In this document: in pieces, positions 53,384-64,000 of the stretch
How the letters are laid out: the number at the start of each line of letters is the position of its first letter
Numbering within the stretch: position 1 is the first letter of the stretch
Source of the DNA: Callorhinchus milii
Taxonomy: Eukaryota
Assembly (NCBI RefSeq): GCF_018977255.1
Contig: NW_024704749.1
Coordinates: 3,100,001-3,164,000, forward strand
Direction: 5' to 3'
Length of the DNA stretch: 64,000 nucleotides
Notes under the pieces: generated by a model
Databases searched by the model: none
What the model saw: only the letters and a program-made list of their open reading frames with translations
Told to the model about the DNA's origin: nothing
Program-made: the position numbers and the translations under genes

Positions 53384-53715
53384 ACAAACCGACATCCACC
53401 CCTTCGGTGTTGCTTCTCCCTCCGGCGTCCGATCAGATCTCGACAGCAAACGCGGCGACCCTCGTGTGTTTCGTGAATAATTTTTATCCGGATTCGGTTC
53501 AAGTTCAATGGAGTGTGGACGGCAATGTAACAGAAACGGGTGTCCAGACGAGTCCAAGTTTAATGGGGACTGACAACACCTACAGTGTGAGCAGTTGCCT
53601 GACCTTGTCAGCCTCCGAATGGACCACACACGAGGTGTACTCCTGCGGTGTGAGGCATCATTCTCTCGGGTCTCGGCTTCTCGAACAGACCATCCAGAGG
53701 TCTACATGCTTGTGA
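53384..53715 (+). CDS. Constant exon of divergent plus-strand light chain
   Basis: Acceptor tctttatttcag. DKPTSTPSVLLLPP...ATLVCFVNNFYP...W...YSCGVRH...RSTCL*. AATAAA at 53730-53735. Confidence 0.93.
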
Positions 53716-54949
53716 ATAGTTTTCTTTGAAATAAAAGCCGCTCAATGTTTGGAAGTCTGCGTTACCGACCCAACAGGCTGGGGTGGGGGTTTGGGATACT
53801 GGTGTTCATTCGATCTGTGTCGAAATTGGATTTTGCTTATTTTAATCTGTGTGTCGCCTCTTTTCTTCGCATTCACCACTGCAGCTTTCACATCTGCCTC
53901 CAGTGCGCTGCAGTGATTACCTCTTATTTTCCAGTTTTGCTGTGATAATAAAATAGCGCATTGAATCAGAACAAACGTGTCTCTTGTTATTGGTGACATT
54001 TTATTTACAACAGCTTCAATAGCTTGCACTTATATATAATAATAATAATAATGATCCTTGCATTTGATATAGCGCTTTTTCACGTCTTCTAGGCGTCTCA
54101 AAGCGCTTCACAGAGTATACTGTGAAGTGAGTTGACTGTATATTTGTGGGCAAAATGCGGCAGCCAATTGCGCACAGCAGTGTTTCACAAACAGTCGCCC
54201 TTCACGTAGGGTAGCGTCTCAGAGAGCTTAACAATGGCAGAGCCATTGGGGTGGGGGGGGGGAGGGGTGGGGTGGAGGGTGGCCCTAATGTGAAATATAC
54301 TGACTATCACCTCAGGATACATTGGTATATTGATAGCAGCAACCAAATGCTCCAGAAGAATTGGAGGTTAGAAGTAGTTTTGCTGGATGGGTTGAGATTA
54401 GCTTCTGATTACATTTCATATTTTCCTGGGAAGTTGTTCACTCTTCTGAGATAATGAGGAATTGGGTCCTTGAGCACAGATGTAAGAACAATGGACCACA
54501 GAAAGTAAAGGCTGCAGCCTCAGACACCTGCCTATCTCAAGGCTGAGAAACAAGCAGGAAGTAGGAGGCTGCCCAGAAGTTGTCCGTATCTCTCTCGTGC
54601 AAAGCAGCCTGTGATGGGTGAGGGCTATCTCTGTGACAAGGGGAGGTGGAGGTAGAAACGCATAAAAGAAAGATTTAACTTTGAAATAGTTGGAGTAGTG
54701 TAGAGGGTCAGCGCACTTCCCAGTGGAATCAATATCGGTCCTATTGTATCTATGTGTATGTACAGGGGTGAGGGAATTTACCTCCAGTAAGAAAGTGACC
54801 ATTAAAAGTGAAAGCGGAGGAGTAGAGAGTAATATGATTTTGATTCTGTCTGTTGCCTAGTATATCTGTGTAAGGGATACAGTGTAGCTGACTTGTCTGT
54901 TCAAACGTTAATAAAACCTATATTTGAAAATAATAAATGCATACTAAAG

Positions 54950-55335
54950 GCATTAGTCTTCCATCAGTTTGTGAAGGGTGCTATACAAGTGTAGTTTGTT
55001 CTTGTTCTTGTTGTTGTTGAAGAGAGTTATCATAAAGACTTGTTGAAGAGGAAGGTTTTCAGGCAGGACTTGAAAAAGGGGAGAGAGAGGCAAGGTGGCG
55101 GGATTGAGGAGTGTGTTCCAGAGTTTTGGGGCGTAGTGGCTGAAAGCACGACCCCCGATGGTGGGACGGAGGGTGTGAGGGATGAGTAGGAGGCCGGTGC
55201 CAGTTGAGCGGAGGCGCCTGGTGATGGACTGGGGAGTGAGAAGGTCGGAGAGGTAGGGAGGTACCAGGGAGTGAAGGGATTTAAACACGAGTGTGAGGAG
55301 CTTGAAGTCGATCCATTCGGTGATGGGGAGACAGT
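54950..55335 (-). mobile_element. L2 3' fragment
   Basis: FKSLHSLVPPYL...GGRAFSHYAPKLWN motif and tail. Confidence 0.8.
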
Positions 55336-55404
55336 GAGTATGTAAGTATTTATTTGGATGAGGGGATCAAGATCAAGATCTCTAAGTTAACAGGCAGTAC
55401 TAAA

Positions 55405-56000
55405 GTTTTCATAGATTCATAGAATGTTACGGCACAGAAGGAGGCCATTCGGCCCATCAAGTCTGTACCGGCTCTTTGACAGAGCAAGTCACTTTCACTA
55501 ATCCCAATCACCAGCTTTCTCCCCATAACCCTGCAAACCCATCTTCCCCAGATACCTATCCAGTTCTCTCTTAAAAGTTGTTATCGAATCGGACTTCACT
55601 GCCCTTTCAGGCAGATCATTCCAAATTCCAACAACTCACTGAGTGAAAAAAATTATTCTAACCTCCCCTCTGCTTCTTTTGATAGATATCTTAAGGGTCA
55701 CAGACACACCTACCAGCGGAAACAGCTTTTCCTTATCTAGTCTGTCGAAACCTTTCACGATCTTGAAGACCTCGATCAGGTCCCCGCGTAACCTTCTCTG
55801 CTCTTAATGGAAAAAGTCCTAACTTCTCCAGCCTGGTTACAGTCCTCCTCACTATTTACTGCCCTATCTAACTTTGTATCATCTGCAAACTTGGAAATAG
55901 TGCTCTCTATGCCCAAGTCCAGATTATTAATATATATCAGAAAAAGCAGTGGTCCCAATACCGTTCCCTGGGGGACACCGCTGCACACCTCTTTCCATTT
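55405..56000 (-). mobile_element. CR1 3' fragment with internal deletion
   Basis: [13 protein letters not shown]...FADDTK jumps at ~55807 to the ORF2 end. Tail catagattcatagaat on plus. Confidence 0.8.
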
Positions 56001-56059
56001 CGAGAAAGTTGGCTGCACATGAAGTAAAGTTCATAAATGCACCACATTCATAAATATTT

Positions 56060-56195
56060 GAAAGGCAAATTCTGCAGATGCTGGAAATCTGAAATAAAAA
56101 CTGAAGTCACTGGGAACATTCAGTAGGTCATGCAGCATCTATGGAGAGTGGAAAGTGACTTACCATTTCAGATCGATGACCTTTCGTCAGAACTG
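56060..56195 (+). repeat. Short interspersed repeat of uncertain class (related copy at ~28553-28650)
   Basis: gctggaaatctgaaataaaaac...cagcatctatggagag...gatgacctttcgtcagaactg, with a similar block at 28553. Confidence 0.5.
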
Positions 56196-58339
56196 TTATG
56201 ACCAGCAGTTATAATTCACTGCCATGCTATGTCTTTTTTTTCTCTTTATTTCGCTACCTGTGGTATCGGCAAATGCTCTCTATATTAAAGTTCCCACCCC
56301 ACCATTGGAGGTCGGGCATTCAGCATCTCTGGCCCCACACTTTGGAACTCTATCTCGCAATCCCTACACCTCACCCCTTCTCTTGCCTCTTTCAAGTCCC
56401 ATCTGAAGATCTTCCTCTTCGATCATACTTTCAGCCATCCTCCTACTCTCCACCTCGCATGCCCTCATCCACTTCTGACCCCAACTCCCAACTCGGGTAC
56501 AAAACCCCTAATTGTCCAGCGCCCAGGGACATCTTTCCGATGTGAAGAGTGCTATACAAATGTAATTTGTTGTTGTTCTTGTTGTTGTTGAAGAGAGTTA
56601 TAAATTAAAAGCTCTTTAATCTGCTTCACACATGTAAAAATACAGTCCACATGTTGTCTAGCCTCTTTTGGCAGCGACACACAATGGTTTCCCTTTTATT
56701 TTAGATGTAGACTAAATATGTTCGTCGTTTTGAGTACTTTTTTGTAGAATACTATACTGTTGTTTGTATCTGGTTGGAAAGCCTTACACTTGAAAACCAT
56801 CTTCTCACAGTACACTTAAATGCATACGAAAGCTGTTAGTCTTCCATCAGTTTGTAAGATATCCTATTTCTGAGTAGCATATTAAGCGTATAAAATACAC
56901 TGGCAGAACACTTCACAGTAAAAATTGTGTGAAGTGCTTTGAGACCATGCGATAAGCTGTTATATCAAATGCAAGTATTATTATTATTATTGTTATACGA
57001 CTGTATTCCTTGCAAAGAAAAAAATAATTATTTTGAACTAGATCACTGTTCTTTAAATATGGACATGCTTACAATTGTATCAAAGTAAATTTTGTCATTT
57101 TAAATCTGCAAATATTCTTGTTCATTTTTCCGTAAAATTGCACTTCAATTTCAAACAATACTGCAATCTCAAACACTTCATCATCAGTTGCTTTTTTNAA
57201 ATTTGGGAGTGGTTATTCAGATCAATAAGCTTTACATTTTAAGAAATATAGGTACTAAATGTTTCGAATAAAAACACATTTTAACAAAAAATCTATGTGA
57301 TGTTAATTGAGACTCTTATTTTAAAGAATTCAGAGAAAAATGACAAATGACAAACACAGCAGGAGTAAATCCAGGTTTTATTCCAATTCCCCCCAAGCTC
57401 AATTGTACAGCATGGATTAAAGATAGTTTCAGACAAGTAGAAATAGGTCACCCGTCAGAAAACAGCTCGACATCTATTCCTCACGTTATAATTTCACTGA
57501 CAAACACACTTTATATACATGTATACGTGTTTGTCACTGTCCAGATGTCTGTTTGAGTCAAAGAGAGATACCTGAGAGACCAGACATTTTGGCAGATTGC
57601 AAAGCACTATATATAGGCACACCAGAAGAAAACAATCCAACCCCTCGCATCTTTGAAAGAGCAATCTATCCAGTCCCATTTTCTCATATGCCTACAATTT
57701 ACTACTTTTCAGATATGTATCCAGAAGGCTAACATGGATCCTAACATAGTGTAATGGTTAGCTGCTCGCCTCACAAGCGAGAGGACCTGGGTTTGATTCC
57801 CGGGCGGGGCAAATACTTATACAAATTTCCTTTCTCCACATGCCTCTGTTTACTTAGCAGTAAGTAGGGACCCAGTTGTTAGTCGATTGATGGGGTAATA
57901 ATCCCTCTAAAAAAATGTGGTCACTCAAACCACAACTGTTTGTGGGACGCTGCTGTGCACAATTGGCTGCTGCATTTCGCCACAAAATACACAGTCAATC
58001 CACTTCAAAGTATATTCTGTGAGATATCGCAACAAAGTACATCAAATGCAAGAATTATTATTATTTGACTGTATTTCAATGTTCTATTTCACAGCCTGAG
58101 CTGAGTCCTGGAGAACACAAATGTTTTTAGTTGACATGTGAATAATGTATGGTATTTCCATCACATACATGCAATTTGGATCTCAGCTGCTTTTGGTCTC
58201 CTAGATGCTTTTCAAACATATTGAATTAAGGTCATTTTAATTATAAATACATCTCACATCTTTTTCCATCCCCAGTTTCCCAAACATAGTAGTTTTACTA
58301 TGTCCTCCCGGCAAATGAGTAGTTTTCACATAAGATCCC

Positions 58340-59265
58340 AGGCAGTGAGTGCCCATTGTCACCAGGACCACTGCTGTCCTGACAGACTGTCTGTCGGACA
58401 TCAAGTCCTGGATGAGGGTAAATTTCCTACAGTTGAATGTGAACAATACTGAGGCTCTCCTGATTGCTCGCGCCAGCGCCTCTGCACTTCAGGTTCTGGC
58501 AGCATCAACCTCCACGGTTGCACACTTCAACTCACCAGTCAGGAACCAAGGTGTCATGTTTGATCCTCAACTGTCTTTTCTTCCCCACATCCAAGCCATG
58601 ACCCGCTCTGACTTCCCTCACCTCCGTAACATTGCCAGACTCCGCCACTACCTCACACCTCAGGCCACTGAAACTCTTGTTCATGCCTTCATCACCTCCA
58701 GGCTCGACTATGCAAACCCCCTGCTTGTCGGCCTTCCCAACTCCTCCCTCCACAGGCTTCAGATAATCCACAACTCTGCAGCCCGTGTCTTCTCCCGCAC
58801 CAATCTCCATGACCCCATCTCCCCCATTCTCGCCCAACACCATTGGTTCCCTATCCTTCAGAGGATTCAGTTCAAAATCCTGGTCCTCACCTACAAAGCC
58901 CTCAATGGTCTCGCCCCACCCTACCTCTGTGACCTCCTAAACCTCTACCAACCCGCCCGCTCCCTCCACTCAGCTGGCTCCAGCCTGCTTCACTTCCCCC
59001 AACCCACCCGCCCCGCTATTGGCAGGAGAGCCTTCAGCCATTCTGCCCACAACCTCTGGAATTCCATCCCCCAATCACTCCGCCTCGCCCCCTCCTTAGC
59101 CTCCTTCAAGTCCCACCTCAAAACCCTCTTCTTCGACTATGCAATTGGTCAGCCCCCTTCCCCTCCCCTCTCTCCCCTGACCCCAGCTCGGGTCTGAAAT
59201 GCTGTACACTGTCCAACGTCCTCCCAAAATGAAAGGTGCTATACAAATGTAATCTTGTTGTTGTT
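58340..59265 (+). mobile_element. L2 3' fragment
   Basis: ORF 58349-59197 with FLQLNVNNTEALL and ITSRLDYAN. (TTG)n tail. Confidence 0.88.
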
Positions 59266-60544
59266 GCCAATGGACCTTCCTGGTGATGGGATCTTTGCAC
59301 TCCTTAAGTTCTAGTTCAGATTGTATCATGCATTCTCCATTTGATACTGAGATCATCAAATGCTTCAAATGTCATCAAACATCCTATAGGTCTGAAATTG
59401 TAGTTAGACTTAGTCTATAAAACCACATTGTCTTAAAGTTTTAAGATTTCTCAATATGATAAAAAATAATCTTAAATTCAGTTTTAAGTTGGAAGATGGA
59501 ACTTTTTAAGAGCTGCATTAATCAAACTTACATATTAAATCTGAATTTAAGAATTTTCCACAAGACTGCTTGATCTTGAATCTTTAAGAAAAGACAGCCA
59601 TCCAGGTTAACAACCGTGGAAATTTAGGCCTTATTCATTAATGTGAACTTGCTCAGTTCACTTGCTCCCTTGGGACAGACGTTTATGGAATCAAGCCCCA
59701 GGTTGAGAGCTTTCAAGCTCAAAGTCCGGGCTACCTTTCATAAGGGGCACTATATAAATGCAAGTTGTTGTTGTTGGCTAAGTCTCCACTGCAGTATCGA
59801 AGGTATATTGTCCGAGATGCTAACCAAAGCCCATCTGCTTCATAACACTATTAGAAAATAGAAGTGAGTTTTCCTAGTGTGGGGGGCAATGATCTGCCAA
59901 GTAAATTGATAATTCATCTCATGGTTATTTGGGAAACATTGCTGTGCATGTCATTGTTTCAAAAATGTCATTCTACAAAATATTATTAATAAAGTTAAAA
60001 AAAAGCAGTGTGGAATATCATACAATTACATAGATGATACAGCATGAAAACATACCATTTGTCCAACTAGTCCCATGTGAATGTTTATGTTCCACGTGAA
60101 CCTCCACGCCTCCTCACCTCCTGTTCTTCTCTCCTGTGCCTCTCCATTCCCATCGCCCTTCTATATGTATTAAGTTTCCTCCAAATACGTGGATGCTTTT
60201 TTTGAGTTAGTTTTATGCAAGTCTGTGTTGTTTTTCCATCTATTTCTGCCAAATCTGTGCCAGCCTGACTCAGTTGGTAGTACTCTTGCCTCTGAGGCAG
60301 AAGAAACCCATGTTGGCACTTGGAACTCATAAGTTTACTCTGACATTCCTTTGGATGAGATAGTGGACGTTAAAGATCCTATGGCACTATTCAAAAAGCG
60401 AAGGAAGTTTCTCCTGGTGTGCTAGCCAATAAATCCCTCAAATAAAATTGGTCATTCACTTCATAAATGTTTGTGGGACATTTGATGCGTGCAAATTATC
60501 TACCATATTCATCCACAAAATATAGTCACATCACATTATAGTAT

Positions 60545-60888
60545 ATAATAATAATAATAATCCTTGCATTTGATATAGCGCTTTTTCACGTCTTCTTGAT
60601 GTCTCAAAGCGCTTCACAGAATAGACTGTAAAGTGAATTGACTGTATACTTGTGGGTGAAACGTGGCAGCCAATTGCGCACAGCAGCGTCCCACAAACTT
60701 TCGTGGATTGAAAATGAACAATTTGCAGCATGATACAGCAAGAAAACATACCATTTGTTTTGTTTTGGAGGGATTATTATCAGGCGTGTGGAGTAAGGAA
60801 ACTTGCCCAAGGTATCGCTCTGCCTGGAATTGAACCCAGGTGTCTGGCTTGCAAGGCGAGTGCTCTAACCACTGAGCTACAGGACTCC
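60545..60888 (-). mobile_element. SINE
   Basis: Full-length family match. Confidence 0.85.
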
Positions 60889-60987
60889 TGTATCATGTGA
60901 AGAGCTTTGGGACATCCGTGAAAGGCACTACAGGAAAAGTAAGGATTATTATTATACCTGAGGAGGTTTTGAGGCAAAAGTTTTAAC

Positions 60988-61018
60988 TGCAATACGAGCC
61001 TGTACCACCAGACGGCGA
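60988..61018 (+). promoter_or_regulatory. Candidate CTCF site with upstream module
   Basis: TGCAATAC-9 nt-CCACCAGACGGCGA. Confidence 0.6.
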
Positions 61019-62867
61019 CAATTTTCTTTGTATTTGAGCAAAATCAGTTGTTGGAGCAAATGTCCGATAGAACAGTGACAGATTCTTCATGTTTGGCCTG
61101 TATTTGTCGTGTTGAACACAGATAATGGCACCATATTACAAATAAGTGGTATTACTGCAGCAACAGGAGGAAAGCACTAACGAAGTACTGAGACTTTGAA
61201 TATTACTACAGTGTGGAACCTGCGAATATTTATTTTTATATCCTATTTTTATCGAAAAATAAATCATATCTTGCCCACAAAATATACAGCCAATTTACTT
61301 TACAGTATATTCTGTGAGACGCTTTGAGAAGTCTCGATGAAGTGATAAGGTGCTATATCATATGCAAGGATTATTATTATTATCTGTTTTTTAAATGAAA
61401 GTGTTTATTCCTCTGAACTTGTAATTTACTTATCTGTTTCAGCATTTCCTACAATAATGGCGGGCATCAAATAAACACATGAACCTGAATCAATCGAGTG
61501 AACAAATAATCATCTCAAGCAAAATAAGACACAATAAACCCAAGGTAAGAATGTTCCAGCTTGACTCTCATCTTGTTTGCTTGATACTTTACTTAACCGA
61601 GAGCCCAAGTAAGCTCGCTTGTAAACCACAGAAGTGCACTTTGTGAGAATTCTGCTCAGTGCCTGACAGTCAGATAAATTGTTTGCACAGATACTTTGTG
61701 GTTTAATTTATCTGAACACCAGTCTGACTGACTTTGCTGTCCACGCACCACAACAATGTTTTACTAACACTCCAAAGATACACAAGCCATATCTGTTGGC
61801 CAACGTATATCACATCAGGTCAGATCCAGAGGCAGACTGATGGGTTGCATGTCTTAGTCTAAGAAGACAATACGATTGTACATTATTAGCATTATCATGG
61901 CCTTTATTCTATTTATTAGTATTCCATAACCATTCAATGTTTTATGTGTTTGTGCCACTGTTCCATAAATTCCTGATCCCACAACTTTCCGAACTTCCGT
62001 GCATTGTCATGAACCTCATGTGATCTCACAGTAACACTTTCATGTTAGAAGCATGTTTTCCTATTCCATCTGCAGTGAAAGGGTAAAGATCTTCTCTAAT
62101 TGTGGCCAATTCCTTCAGAACCTTGACAAACAAAACTGCTCCTTAATTGATACCAACCAGCATTAAATTTGCAGTTCACTCAGAAAGATCAAAGGGGTTA
62201 CTTCTGCCTGACACGGAGATGTTACACCTGGCTGATCAATTCCCCCTGCATTTATTCAGCACCTTATCACATGGCAATGTGTCGGAATCATCAACATAAA
62301 TGTAGGGGTGTTGGCAAGGACAAGCTCCAATTACTTTTCAAAGAACGTCATGGGTTCTTCAACATCCACCTGAAAAAGCAAAGACCTTGGTTCTACGTTT
62401 ATTTTTCTGAAGAACAAAACCTCTAACAACGCAGGGCTCATTCCCCCCCCCCCCCACAACACTACACTGGAGTATCAGCTTAGACCATGAGCTCCAAGAT
62501 CCCAATGTGGGCTTGAACGCTCAACCTTCTGATCCACAGGCCAGATCGCTACAAACTGAGATCAGACTGATGCCTGGATATGTTCAGTGGTTGTGTCTGA
62601 ACGCAGAGTAAACAGTACTCTACAACTGATCTACCAGTGTTTCAGGCTGACACTCAGCGCCTGAGATGAGAATGTATTTCAATCCCCTAGGCTGACAAAA
62701 AAATCACACAAAATCTACCCTCTACCAAACTATCTTTAAACCTACAAAGTACTTGCAGGAAATCGTTCTTGAAGTCTACGTCCCAAATGTAATTCGTCCC
62801 AATTTATAGCTCAGATTGTATTTGCAAGATTCTGCAGCCTCTCTATTTTATTAGCTCACCATCTTTT

Positions 62868-63194
62868 AATAATAATAATAATAATCCTTACATTTGATAT
62901 AGCACTTTTCACGTCGTGAGGACCTCCCAAAGCGCTTCACAGAACACACTGTAAAGTGAATTGACTGTATATTTGTGGGCGAACGCGGCAGCCAATTGCG
63001 CACAGCAATGTCCCACAAACAGTCATATGGATTGAAAATGACCAATTTATTATTGTTTTGCTTTTGGAGCGATTATTATTAGGCTCTGTGGGGAGTAAGG
63101 AAACTTGCCCAAGGTTTCGCCTTCTGCCTGGAATTGACCTCAGGTCTCTCACTTGCAAAGCGAGTGCTCTAACCACTGAGCTACAGGACTCCAC
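62868..63194 (-). mobile_element. SINE
   Basis: Full-length family match. Confidence 0.87.
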
Positions 63195-64000
63195 GAATAC
63201 ACTTTGCACTGAATACACTGAAATGCAAATAACTGGCTCGGTTTGAAAGCATTGCATCTTTAATCAAATAATCTATGAGAGGAGAGCAGAATTATAATCA
63301 GTCTTTATTTGGGGACGGGGTGTTATCATTAACGACAGACATGGGGGAAATACCGTGGGGACAAATGGACTTGAATAAACTGGAACACCCTCAACTGGAT
63401 GAGTGAATTCATGAACTTTGTGATCTTGGAGCTCATGGTCAAAGCTGATACTCCAGTGCAACAACTGCAACAACAAAGTACATTTGTATAGCGCCTCTCG
63501 CGTTGGGGTGGGGGACGTCCTAAAGCGCTGGACAGTCAAGGGTGTGCATCTGAGCTGGGAGTTGGGATCAGGTTGGGTGGAGGGCGGGGGAGGCTGGCGG
63601 AAGGAGGGTGACCTAAGGCACCGGTAAAGAGGAAGGTCTAGAGACGGGCAGTGCAGTACATTCCAGTGTATTCAGTATAAAAGACTATTTGCTGAGGTGC
63701 GAGCATTGGTGTCCTGGCTGTACTGTTAGCAGGAACCGATGAAAGAAGAGGGCAGACCAGGAGCCCCGCTTTCCTCAGCCTCTCTCCCTGTGAAGATCGG
63801 TCCAGACTGTGTTGCAGAAGGACATACAGTTTAATCAATGGGCGTCTTAACTTCCACCGAGGTTGTAAGTTCAAATCCAGCTCTGGCCAAACGGATGGAA
63901 TCTAATTGTTGACTGACTGCTCGACTTCTGGTAGGCAAACACAATGAGCAAAAATAATTTAAACGTAACTTTGGGTTTCGCTCTTTTCGCTTTACTTTGC

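Noticed and set aside
54197-54235. Motif gcccttcacgtagggtagcgtctcag recurring near SINEs (also ~1755, ~20100)
   Set aside because: Its reverse complement is an L2/SINE-type 3' tail, not a novel element.
57198-57198. Single N base
   Set aside because: Sequencing ambiguity in a T-run, not a feature.
1-64000. CRISPR arrays, rRNA, RAG-type or prokaryotic systems
   Set aside because: None seen. Recurrent repeats are SINE/LINE copies and segmental duplications.

Overview
Eukaryotic, repeat-rich vertebrate DNA: part of a cartilaginous-fish (shark/ray/chimaera-type) immunoglobulin light-chain cluster region. The lineage is inferred from lambda/type II-like proteins, V-J already joined in the DNA, and SINE/L2/CR1 content. 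The left 28 kb is a degenerate tandem array of three minus-strand lambda units. Unit B is complete: octamer promoter, leader 16508-16460, joined VJ 16369-16019 and C 14289-13967, giving a 240-aa ORF. Unit A has an intact C (4501-4179) whose V-J, leader and promoter are removed by an ~3-kb deletion. Unit C has a pseudo-C (28166-27844) with a dead splice acceptor and a premature stop. About 35 kb away, head-to-head, is a strongly diverged plus-strand light-chain gene (leader 51318, joined VJ 51708-52036, C 53384-53715). It is intact except for an apparent 19-nt FR1 deletion, which a cryptic acceptor could bypass. The rest is tRNA-Ala-headed SINEs, L2 and CR1 LINE fragments, a solo LTR, low-complexity tracts and candidate CTCF/EICE/Runx sites. 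All alignments and identity counts were done by eye; no database searches were run.
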